Shown piece after piece: positions 1 through 8,383 of a stretch of 21,740 nt of DNA. Each line of letters opens with the position of its first letter. The stretch's first letter is position 1. The DNA is from Candidatus Hermodarchaeota archaeon (GTDB taxonomy: Archaea > Asgardarchaeota > Lokiarchaeia > Sigyniarchaeales > SOKP01), in NCBI GenBank assembly GCA_048885925.1, contig JBHLLG010000048.1, forward strand, positions 1 to 21,740, in the 5' to 3' direction. The position numbers and the translations under genes were made by a program. The notes beneath the pieces are model-generated. The model searched no databases. It saw only the letters and a list, made by a program, of their open reading frames with translations, and was not told the DNA's origin.

Positions 1-1128
1 CGTTCCGAATATGGAATTTTACGAACAATAATAAAAAAAATTTTAGAATCAAAATCTTTAGAACTTTCACTTTTTGTCACTGGAATTCATCTGTTAAAGA
101 AGTATGGCTACTCCATAGAAATGATAGAGGAAGATAAATTTCCAATAGAAAAAGTTATCTCTATGTATAATGATGAAGAATATGATGAGAGATTTTTGGG
201 TAAATCTGTTGGAAGAGCAGTAATTAATTTTACTGAGGCTTTTTATAAAATAAAACCTGATTTCTTGCTTGTAGTAGGAGATCGCTATGAAGTTTTAGCC
301 GCAGTTATAGCTGCTTCTACATTATCGATTCCTATAGGTCATATTCATGGTGGAGATCATATATTGAAAGGTCAAGTTGACGAACAAATTAGACATGCTA
401 TTACTAAATTCTCTCATATTCATTTTCCTGCTACTCAAAAAAGTTGTGCAAGAATTAAATTATTGGGTGAAGAAGATTGGAGAATTCATATGGTGGGGTC
501 TCCAAGCATTGATATGATTGTCAGAGAAAAACTTTTTGAAAAAGATGAAATATGTAAAATGTTTGAATTAAATCCTTCTAAGAAAATAATTTTATGTGTA
601 CAACATCCATATCTTTTTGAATCTGAAAAAGCAGGAGAACAGATGGAAATAACGTTAAAAGTTTTGAAAGATTTGAAAATGCAAACTGTAATAACATATC
701 CTAACAATGATCCTGGGAGTGAATTCATTATAAAAGAAATTGAATCGAATCAAAATATCCAATATTTCAAAATCTTTAAAAATATTAGAAGAATAGAATA
801 TTTAAGTCTTTTAAAACATGCGGATCTTTTAATTGGAAACTCTAGCAGTGGACTTATAGAAACACCAATATTTAAATTACCTGTAGTGAATATTGGTGAT
901 AGAAATAGAGGAAGAGAAAGTGCTGAAAATGTAATTAATGTTTCACATAATTATCATGAAATAGAAATGGCAATAAAAAAAGGATTATCATCTGAATTTA
1001 GAAAAATTTGTGAAAATGTAAAAAATCCATATGGCGATGGATGTGCTTCCGAAAGGATAGTTAAGATTTTAGAAAAAATTGAGATAAATTCAGAATTATT
1101 AATAAAAAAATTAATCTATACAGTTTAA
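1..1128 (+). CDS. neuC: UDP-N-acetylglucosamine 2-epimerase, hydrolysing (NeuC/LegG family); 5'-truncated by the window edge
   Basis: Frame 1 is open from base 1 (RSEYGILRTIIKK...LFVTGIHL), matching the NeuC N-terminal (T)RSEYG and VTGxHL motifs, so the true start is upstream of the window rather than at ATG 121. Other NeuC motifs are VVGDRYE, HIHGG, DEQIRHAITKFSHIHF, YPNNDPG, GNSSSG, VVNIGDRNRGRE and NPYGDG. Confidence 0.92.
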   Translation, partial: RSEYGILRTIIKKILESKSLELSLFVTGIHLLKKYGYSIEMIEEDKFPIEKVISMYNDEEYDERFLGKSVGRAVINFTEAFYKIKPDFLLVVGDRYEVLAAVIAASTLSIPIGHIHGGDHILKGQVDEQIRHAITKFSHIHFPATQKSCARIKLLGEEDWRIHMVGSPSIDMIVREKLFEKDEICKMFELNPSKKIILCVQHPYLFESEKAGEQMEITLKVLKDLKMQTVITYPNNDPGSEFIIKEIESNQNIQYFKIFKNIRRIEYLSLLKHADLLIGNSSSGLIETPIFKLPVVNIGDRNRGRESAENVINVSHNYHEIEMAIKKGLSSEFRKICENVKNPYGDGCASERIVKILEKIEINSELLIKKLIYTV

Positions 1129-1637
1129 ATGTCTTCAAATTTGACTTTTGGACGGTTCCCTATAACTCTTACAGGACTACCTACATTTATTGTCCAAGGT
1201 TTTACGTCTTTAAGAACAAGACTATTGCTTCCTATTATAGCGCCTTCACCAATGGTAACTCCAGGATGAATAATTGCGTTAGTTCCTACAAAAGCATCTT
1301 TTTCAATTCTTATATAAGATACCTTAGGATTTCTTTGTTCCATTGGTAAAACAGTTGACATACGATATCCCCCTGCGTAATGATCTGTCCCAGTAAGAAT
1401 TCTGGCACCATCCGCTAGGACAGTATAATCTCCTAGAAAAAGTTCTCCTCCCCCAATAATGCTGACAAATCTAGAAATATGTACATATCTCTCAATAATT
1501 ATTCCTTTTCCCCCATATATAAAAGTAAAATCATCAATTTCGGAAAAATCACCTATTTCAATAACTTCTGGTTTGATAATTTTTACATTTTCGAAAATTT
1601 TAACGCTTTTTCCTATTTTTTTAAAATTATAATTCAT
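1125..1637 (-). CDS. Hexapeptide-repeat (left-handed beta-helix) sugar acyltransferase, VioB-like
   Basis: 170 aa with [LIV]-G-x-x-x-x repeats (IGDFSEIDDFTFI, IERYVHIS, LGDYTVLAD, IEKDAFVGTNAIIHPGVTIGEGAIIGSNSLV) and a C-terminal VGSPVRVIG. The IDDF...GI.I.RYVHI...D.Y.G pattern recalls VioB-type amino-sugar N-acetyltransferases. Confidence 0.85.
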   Translation of the reverse strand: MNYNFKKIGKSVKIFENVKIIKPEVIEIGDFSEIDDFTFIYGGKGIIIERYVHISRFVSIIGGGELFLGDYTVLADGARILTGTDHYAGGYRMSTVLPMEQRNPKVSYIRIEKDAFVGTNAIIHPGVTIGEGAIIGSNSLVLKDVKPWTINVGSPVRVIGNRPKVKFEDI

Positions 1638-1828
1638 ATTAAGGATTTATTTAATCTTTTCTTTATATATTATCCTTTGCATATTTAAACTTAATATTTA
1701 TGCTATAAAAAAATCATTTTTGAATTATCTCAAAATTAATTACCTATACTTTTATAAACCAGATATATACTCCCATAATTAAAATATGAATTATGCTTAT
1801 TTTATATTTAATAAAAAAGGGAATTTAA

Positions 1829-3076
1829 ATGAATTTTTCTAAATACAAAGTAGATGCCAATCTAAATAGTGAGGATGTTTATTATGGACTTCCCAAAGAG
1901 ATAAAATTTTGTAAAAAATGTGTGATTTCAAATCAGAGACCTAATTCTACGTTAGAATATCTTCATAATATTGAGAGTAAAAAGGAAACTATTCATTTTG
2001 ATAATGAAGGTATTTGCGATGCATGTAGAGTATCAGAGAGAAAGGATACTGAAATTGATTGGGATAAGAGAGAAAAAGAATTAATCAATTTATGTGACAA
2101 ATACAGAAGAGATGATGGATATTATGATTGCATTATTCCTGGAAGTGGAGGTAAGGATAGTGTAAAAGCTTCATGGATATTAAAATATAAATATGGTATG
2201 CACCCCTTAACAATAACATGGGCGCCTCATCTTTATACTGATGTCGGTTGGAGTAATTTTCAGAAATGGGTTCATTTGGGTTTTGATAACATTTTATTTC
2301 ATCCTAATGGAAGAGTTCATAGACTTTTGACTAGATTAGCCTTTGATAATCTTTTACACCCATTTCAACCATTTATATTAGGACAAAAAAATATAGGCGC
2401 TAGGTTTGCAGCATTATATAATATCCCTTTAGTATTCTATGGAGAAAATGAAGCAGAATATGGAAACCCCATGGAAGATGTAATGAGCCCATTAAGAGCT
2501 GCAAAATATGCTTCAGGAAGTGATTATGGAAATATGTACCTTGGAGGAGTAAATGTCCTTAAAATTTTAAAAAAGTTTGATTTAGAGATAGTGGATCTTT
2601 ATCCTTATTTACCTATTGATCCTGAACTTTATAAAAAGAAACAGATAAAAGTTCATTACTTAGGATATTATATTAAATGGGACCCACAAGAATCTTATTA
2701 TTTTGCAGTTGAAAAAAGTGGATTTAAGGCAAACTGTGAAAGAACGGAAGGAACTTATTCAAAATATAATAGCATTGATGATAAAACAGATCCTTATCAT
2801 TATTACACAACTTATATTAAATTTGGAATCGGAAGGGCATCTTACGACGCATCGCAAGAGATACGAAATCATAAAATTACGCGGGAAGAGGGAATAGCAC
2901 TTGTAAAAAAATATGACCATGAATTACCCACTAAATACCTCGCAGAATTTTTGGAATACATGGATATGACAAAAGAACATTTCTTTAAGACAATTGATAA
3001 ATTTCGTTCGCCCCATATTTGGAAGAGAGAAAATGGACATTGGAAATTAAGAAAAGCTGTATATGATGAACATTAA
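1829..3076 (+). CDS. N-acetyl sugar amidotransferase (WbuX/PseA/WbpG/AglX family, PP-loop ATPase), copy 1
   Basis: N-terminal CKKC...ICDAC cysteine motif, PP-loop YDCIIPGSGGKDS, YGENEAEYG, KFGIGRAS.DAS..IR..KITREEG and a C-terminal W-K-L motif. Confidence 0.92.
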   Translation: MNFSKYKVDANLNSEDVYYGLPKEIKFCKKCVISNQRPNSTLEYLHNIESKKETIHFDNEGICDACRVSERKDTEIDWDKREKELINLCDKYRRDDGYYDCIIPGSGGKDSVKASWILKYKYGMHPLTITWAPHLYTDVGWSNFQKWVHLGFDNILFHPNGRVHRLLTRLAFDNLLHPFQPFILGQKNIGARFAALYNIPLVFYGENEAEYGNPMEDVMSPLRAAKYASGSDYGNMYLGGVNVLKILKKFDLEIVDLYPYLPIDPELYKKKQIKVHYLGYYIKWDPQESYYFAVEKSGFKANCERTEGTYSKYNSIDDKTDPYHYYTTYIKFGIGRASYDASQEIRNHKITREEGIALVKKYDHELPTKYLAEFLEYMDMTKEHFFKTIDKFRSPHIWKRENGHWKLRKAVYDEH

Positions 3077-3115
3077 TAATAAGGATTTCTTATTAAAAAG
3101 ATTTTATAAGCGAAT

Positions 3116-4561
3116 ATGAATCATATAAGAATTATTCCTCGACTTGATGTTAAAGGGCCTAATGTTGTAAAAGGAATCAATTTTGAAGGATTGCGTGTAG
3201 TAGGAAAACCTGCTATTTTGTCAAAAAAATATTATGATCAAGGCGCAGATGATATTCTCTATATTGACATCGTCGCAAGTTTGTATGAAAGAAATAATTT
3301 AGTGGATATAGTTGAACAAACTACTTCAGTGGGAGCATTTATCCCTATTACTGTAGGGGGAGGTGTTAGAACACTCGATGATATTAGGAAATTATTATAT
3401 GTAGGTGCAGATAAAGTTGCTATAAATACCGCAGCTACAAGAAATCCAAAATTTATAACTGAAGCTTCAAAGATGGTTGGTTCTCAAAGTATAGTTGGAT
3501 CTATCGAAGCTAAAAAAATAGGACCTAATAAATGGGAAGCTTATATTGATTGCGGGAGAGAAAAAACGGGTATAGATGCAGTGGAATGGGCAAAAGAGTT
3601 AGTAGAATTAGGTGCCGGTGAACTTTTAATTACTTCAGTTGATTATGAAGGTGAACAGAGGGGTTATGATTTAGACTTATTTAAAGCAATTACAAAAGAA
3701 ATGAATGTTCCCGTTGTATTAAGCGGTGGAGCAGGAAATATTGAACATATAAAACAATGTCTTGATCATATTGCATGTAACGGAATTTCTATGGCATCAA
3801 TCCTTCACTATAATAAAACAACTATAGGAGAAATTAAAAATTATCTTATAGAAAACAATTACAAAATTCGTATACCATATAAATCAGATACGGAATTTAA
3901 ACCACTTAAAGTAAGTAAAAGAAAAAAAGTGGGGATAATAGATTATGGTGCTGGAAATATACGTAGTGTTTATAATGGATTCCGCTATGTTGGAAATGAT
4001 GTTAGTATTGTTAATTCACCTGAAGGTATAGAGTCTTCTGATCTACTTGTTATCCCTGGAGTAGGAGCATTCGAAGATGGGATGATGGGTTTGAAAGAAA
4101 AAAAATTAATCGATCCTATTTTTGAACATGTTAATAAAGAGAAACCAATTTTGGGTATATGTCTTGGAATGCAATTAATGATGTCAGACAGTGAGGAATT
4201 TGGATTTCATGAAGGATTAAACATAATTAAAGGGAGTGTAGTAAAATTTAAGAGTAATTCTTTTATAAAAGAAAAGGGATATGTTGTGCCTCAAATTGGA
4301 TGGAATAATATACTTCCATCAAAATTTCAAAAATGGGAAGGATCGATTTTAAATGGTATTAAAAAATCATCTGAGGTATATTTTGTCCATTCTTATTATC
4401 CTGCTTTAGAAGAAAAACAATTTATTTTGTCAGAAACTGTTTATGGAGGCCAAAAATTTTGTTCTTCATATAAAAAAGGAAATGTCTATGGTACTCAATT
4501 TCATCCAGAAAAAAGTGGAGAAGTAGGATTAAGAATTATAGATTCTTTTGGAAAATTATAA
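3116..4561 (+). CDS. hisF-hisH: Fused HisF-like cyclase (N-terminal) + HisH-like glutamine amidotransferase (C-terminal); glycan-locus paralogue (WbuZ-WbuY / AglZ-AglY type)
   Basis: Residues ~1-252 are HisF-like (RIIPRLDVK, VVKG, PITVGGGVR, GADKVAINTAA, GAGELLITSVD.EG..GYD, SGGAG). After a short linker, residues ~270-481 are HisH-like (IIDYGAGNIRSV, PGVGAF, GICLGMQ catalytic Cys, VPQIGWN, YFVHSY, QFHPEKSG catalytic His-Glu). It is one uninterrupted frame. Confidence 0.92.
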   Translation: MNHIRIIPRLDVKGPNVVKGINFEGLRVVGKPAILSKKYYDQGADDILYIDIVASLYERNNLVDIVEQTTSVGAFIPITVGGGVRTLDDIRKLLYVGADKVAINTAATRNPKFITEASKMVGSQSIVGSIEAKKIGPNKWEAYIDCGREKTGIDAVEWAKELVELGAGELLITSVDYEGEQRGYDLDLFKAITKEMNVPVVLSGGAGNIEHIKQCLDHIACNGISMASILHYNKTTIGEIKNYLIENNYKIRIPYKSDTEFKPLKVSKRKKVGIIDYGAGNIRSVYNGFRYVGNDVSIVNSPEGIESSDLLVIPGVGAFEDGMMGLKEKKLIDPIFEHVNKEKPILGICLGMQLMMSDSEEFGFHEGLNIIKGSVVKFKSNSFIKEKGYVVPQIGWNNILPSKFQKWEGSILNGIKKSSEVYFVHSYYPALEEKQFILSETVYGGQKFCSSYKKGNVYGTQFHPEKSGEVGLRIIDSFGKL

Positions 4562-4710
4562 ATGCATTTATTTATTCAATTAGGATGTGAGAGCAAAATA
4601 ATATATTAGGGTATTTATACATAAGGAATTAATAATAACCCTTTACCAATAATTCAAATTTTATTTTAATGATTTCATAAAATTTCATAATTTTTGAAAT
4701 AACTTTAATA

Positions 4711-5610
4711 TTATTTAATAGCCTCAATAAAGAAAGAAAGTTCTGGATGTGTAGAATCAAAACCAGATTTTCTTCCTATTCCTTTCATTTCTTTAAATCT
4801 GCTTCCTTGAGGATATGAACGATAAATCTTCTTAAAACCTGCCTTTTGGAGCATATTCTTAATTTTATTATAATTCCACCAATTAATATGATTTCCAGCT
4901 TTTTTTTTCTGAGATTTTCTCGGAATTTTTTGAATATAAAAGTCAGCAAATTTTTCCTTACTCATTAATTTATAATTTTCTTTAAATTCTTTAATAGGTA
5001 CTCTAAATTTTAGAAATGAGGCAAAAAATTCAAGGAAGCTTTCTTCAATATTTTTTGTATTATATTTTTTGAAAAAATTTCTATTATTTTCACCATATGC
5101 CTTGTATGCTTTATCAAAATCAGGAATACTTAAACGCACAGCACCATTCTGACCTAAACATCTATATATCTCATTAAAAATATATTGACAATTCTCTTGC
5201 GGAATATGTTCAAGTGTATGAGCACTATAAAAGAACTTTACAGAATTATCAGCAATAGGGAATGGTTTATTACTCATTAAATCATGAACATAATCAATAT
5301 AATAGAGAGGATAAGGATAAGCATTAGATGGAAAATCTAATACCCTCCAATGTTTTCTAAAATAGTCTCCTCCTCCAATATTTATCATTAAATTTTTACT
5401 ATCACGTTTTTTGAAAAGGAATTTAAAAAATCGAACTTTAATTGGAGTTATAAAGTTTTTACTAATCAGGGTATCAAAAATAATGTAAGATTTTTTCAAA
5501 AAATATATTGTAATATTTGAAAATTTTTTTTTATTGGTTATTATGTTTTTAATATTATCTAAATCAAGATTAAAATTAAATTTTAAAACTTTTTTTACAA
5601 ATTTGATCAT
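4711..5610 (-). CDS. Class I SAM-dependent methyltransferase (Methyltransf_11-like, glycan-locus type)
   Basis: Motif I variant INIGGG, then WRVLD, DL...PFPIADNSV, HTLEHIP and EIYRCL...G.VRLSIPD. The start is uncertain; an alternative ATG lies at 5388. Confidence 0.8.
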   Translation of the reverse strand: MIKFVKKVLKFNFNLDLDNIKNIITNKKKFSNITIYFLKKSYIIFDTLISKNFITPIKVRFFKFLFKKRDSKNLMINIGGGDYFRKHWRVLDFPSNAYPYPLYYIDYVHDLMSNKPFPIADNSVKFFYSAHTLEHIPQENCQYIFNEIYRCLGQNGAVRLSIPDFDKAYKAYGENNRNFFKKYNTKNIEESFLEFFASFLKFRVPIKEFKENYKLMSKEKFADFYIQKIPRKSQKKKAGNHINWWNYNKIKNMLQKAGFKKIYRSYPQGSRFKEMKGIGRKSGFDSTHPELSFFIEAIK

Positions 5611-5861
5611 TATTAGCTAATTCTATTATAGAGTATGATTTCAATTATGAAAGAAAAGAATCCATTCAATAAATTATTACTATACTAAAATATCAAATTA
5701 AAAATAAATCTTATTCTGTAGACTATATTGATTATTTATTTCACTTAAAAATATCTTTAACCTGTAATAATAAAAAATTTTAATTGATTTGAAGAATTTA
5801 AATATTATAATTTGAGAAATAATTGCTATTAACAATTAAGGAAATTGTAGGAATATTTACT

Positions 5862-6977
5862 ATGAGATATTGTAAGAAATGTGTTATGCCTGATACAAGA
5901 CCAGGAATTGTATTTAATGAAAGAGGTATTTGTCAAGGTTGTATTGCTGAAGAAAAAAAGGATAAAACAAATTGGAAAGAACGGTATCAAGAATTGGTAA
6001 GGTTATGTGAAAAATATAGAAAAATTAATGGAGATTGGTATGATTGCATTATAGCTGTAAGTGGTGGTAAGGATAGTCATTTTCAAACCCACGTTATGAA
6101 AGAATTAATGAATATGAATCCTTTACTTGTAACAGTTGAGGATAATTTTCCGATGACAAAGGCGGGTAAACATAACATAAAAAATATCTCTGAAGAATTT
6201 GGATGCGACATTGTTAGTTTAAAGCCAAATATTAAAGTACAAAAGAAACTAATGAGATATTGTTTTGAAAAATATGCTAAACCGAATTATTACCTTGATA
6301 TATTAATTTATTCTTATCCAATTCATATAGCAATCAAATTTGGAATTCCTTTAATCGTATATGGCGAAAATGTGAATTATGAATATGGAGGCGCACAAAA
6401 AGAAGAAACCTATTCTGCATTAGAGCAATTCTATAATGATGTTGCTTCAGGTATCCCTTTAGATGAATTATGCATCGAAGGAATTACATTAAAAGATCTT
6501 AATTTATGCTTATACCCAACATTAGAAGAAATGAAACAAGCTAACCTTGAACCTATATATTTAAGCTACTTTATGAGATGGAGCACAATTGGTAACTATA
6601 ATTTTTCTAAAAAAAGAGGTTTTAGAGATTTATCTAATGAATGGAAACGATCAATGATGGTATGTGATTTTGAACAAGTTGATTCTCGAGCATATATGAT
6701 TCATCCATGGTTAAAGTATCCAAAATTCGGTCATGGGTTAGCTACAGATATGGCTTCAAGATTTATAAGATATGGATTAATTACAAGAGAAGAAGGCATT
6801 GAACTCATAAAAAGTAGGGATTTTGATCTTGACAACTTGGCTATATATGACTTTTGCGAATTTTTAGGGTATTCTATAACAGAATTCTGGGATGTTGTTG
6901 AAAAATTTTATAATCGAGAACTATTTGAAAAAAATATTCATGGAAATTGGAAATTAAAAAATCCAATTTGGCAATGA
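5862..6977 (+). CDS. N-acetyl sugar amidotransferase (WbuX/PseA/PtmG/AglX family), copy 2
   Basis: MRYCKKCVMPDTRPG...GICQGC, YDCIIAVSGGKDS PP-loop, YGENVNYEYGG, LKYPKFGHG..TD.ASR.IR.G.ITREEG. ATG 5862 is preferred over TTG 5823 because family members typically begin M-x-Y-C-x-x-C. Confidence 0.92.
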   Translation: MRYCKKCVMPDTRPGIVFNERGICQGCIAEEKKDKTNWKERYQELVRLCEKYRKINGDWYDCIIAVSGGKDSHFQTHVMKELMNMNPLLVTVEDNFPMTKAGKHNIKNISEEFGCDIVSLKPNIKVQKKLMRYCFEKYAKPNYYLDILIYSYPIHIAIKFGIPLIVYGENVNYEYGGAQKEETYSALEQFYNDVASGIPLDELCIEGITLKDLNLCLYPTLEEMKQANLEPIYLSYFMRWSTIGNYNFSKKRGFRDLSNEWKRSMMVCDFEQVDSRAYMIHPWLKYPKFGHGLATDMASRFIRYGLITREEGIELIKSRDFDLDNLAIYDFCEFLGYSITEFWDVVEKFYNRELFEKNIHGNWKLKNPIWQ

Positions 6978-6980
6978 TTA

Positions 6981-8378
6981 TTATATGAAATATATTGAAT
7001 CAAAAACTCCAAAATGAACATTTTTATAATTACTATATCGCTTATCTTTAACATCAATATAATTATTTTTTAAAAAGTGAGCTATTTCTTTAACCCCATC
7101 TTCTAAGTCATATTTTGGTATGAAATTAATTTTCTCCCTTAATTTTTTTGAGGTTACTCTATATGACCTTTCATCTTCTTTTGTTTTAACATAATTTACT
7201 TTAATATCTGGGAAAATTGTATTCATTAAATTTCCCAGATCTTTAATTTGATAGTTGATTTTTTCATTAGCTACATTAAAAATTTCTCCAGATATAATAT
7301 TATTTGGAGCTTTTAGTATCGATAAAATTGCATAACACACATCTTTTACATGAATAAATGGTCTCCATTGTTCTCCGGAATAAATTGAGATCTCTTTATT
7401 ATTTACCGCATAAGCAGTTAATAAGTTAACTACTAAATCAAATCGCATTCTAAAAGATAATCCAAAAACAGTTGCTAATCTTAAAATACATGGATAAAAA
7501 TTATTATTTTTCAATTGAATTAAAGCCTTTTCTGCTTTTAATTTCGATTTAGCATATAAAGATACGGGATTAAGTTCAGATTCTTCATCTAATATTTTAT
7601 TTTTAGAAGCACCATAAACACTACAAGTAGAAAGAAAAATAAATTTTTTAATTCCATAATATTTACAAAATTCTGCTAATATCTTAACACCATGAAAGTT
7701 TGTCTCTTCTGTTAGCTCTGGATTAACATTTCCTGCAGGATCACCAACTATAGCTGCTAAATGAATTACTACTGATACATCTTTTAAACTTTGGATCAAA
7801 TCTTCAATTTTAGTAAAATCTCCTTGAATCAACTCAAAATTAGGATTAACCATTAAATCATCTACAGATTCTTTTCCAAATAACAATTTATCTAATACTC
7901 TAACTGAATAGTTGTTTTCTAGTAATATTCTAACTAATATTGAGCCAATATATCCTGTTCCTCCTGTAACCAATATTCTATTTGTTTTTTTTGAATCATA
8001 TTCTTTTTTAATGGTATTTCTCAAGAATTCTTCTTTAATAAAGTCAGTAATATGATAATATCCAATTACTCTCTTTTTATCATCTAAAATAGGAATAATC
8101 AAGATTTTATTTTCAATTAAGATATTTAAAATATCTGATTCAGAAACTCCTGATTTCGCTATTAGTGGATTTTTAATCATTATATCTTTTACGGGTAAGG
8201 TTAAAGAAAAGTTATTTAAAATTGCTCTGCGTATGTCTCCATCACTAACAATTCCTAATAATTTTTCATCTTTGTCCACTATAAACGCATGTTTTAATTC
8301 ATTCTTGTTAATTATTTCAATAACATCAATTATTTTGTCATTTTCATATGCAATTAATTTTTTTATATCTCTTTTCAA
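6981..8378 (-). CDS. CBS-domain pair fused to an NAD-dependent epimerase/dehydratase (extended SDR)
   Basis: Residues ~1-115 form a CBS pair (AFIVDKDEKLLGIVSDGDIRRAIL, VKDIMIKNP, IPILDDKKRVIG). From residue ~134 comes the SDR (ILVTGGTGYIG, IHLAAIVGDP, STCSVYG, YAKSK = YxxxK, RLATVFG, RFDLVVN, WRPFIHVKD). The TTG start lies 5 nt after the upstream stop. Confidence 0.88.
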   Translation of the reverse strand: MKRDIKKLIAYENDKIIDVIEIINKNELKHAFIVDKDEKLLGIVSDGDIRRAILNNFSLTLPVKDIMIKNPLIAKSGVSESDILNILIENKILIIPILDDKKRVIGYYHITDFIKEEFLRNTIKKEYDSKKTNRILVTGGTGYIGSILVRILLENNYSVRVLDKLLFGKESVDDLMVNPNFELIQGDFTKIEDLIQSLKDVSVVIHLAAIVGDPAGNVNPELTEETNFHGVKILAEFCKYYGIKKFIFLSTCSVYGASKNKILDEESELNPVSLYAKSKLKAEKALIQLKNNNFYPCILRLATVFGLSFRMRFDLVVNLLTAYAVNNKEISIYSGEQWRPFIHVKDVCYAILSILKAPNNIISGEIFNVANEKINYQIKDLGNLMNTIFPDIKVNYVKTKEDERSYRVTSKKLREKINFIPKYDLEDGVKEIAHFLKNNYIDVKDKRYSNYKNVHFGVFDSIYFI

Positions 8379-8383
8379 CTTAC

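Noticed and set aside
486-728. 80-aa minus-strand ORF
   Set aside because: Antisense shadow entirely within neuC, with no recognisable motifs.
1479-1688. 69-aa plus-strand ORF
   Set aside because: Antisense to the acetyltransferase, with low-complexity F/N/I/Y composition typical of AT-rich shadows.
2703-2897. 64-aa plus-strand ORF
   Set aside because: Alternative frame inside amidotransferase 1. The main frame is intact, so there is no sign of a frameshift.
3116-4561. Histidine-biosynthesis role for the HisF-HisH gene
   Set aside because: There are no other his genes nearby, it directly follows a sugar amidotransferase, and the second catalytic Asp is substituted. The role cannot be fully excluded without the whole genome.
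3929-4561. Separate hisH gene starting at GTG 3929
   Set aside because: No stop ends the HisF frame, no RBS precedes the GTG, and the start would clip the first beta-strand.
4672-4690. Short tandem repeat ATTTCATAA x2
   Set aside because: Two copies of a 9-mer in very AT-rich DNA are expected by chance.
6975-6977. Possible selenocysteine read-through at TGA stops (6975-6977 and 16678-16680)
   Set aside because: Both TGAs fall at the natural family C-terminus and are followed by another in-frame stop within about ten codons.
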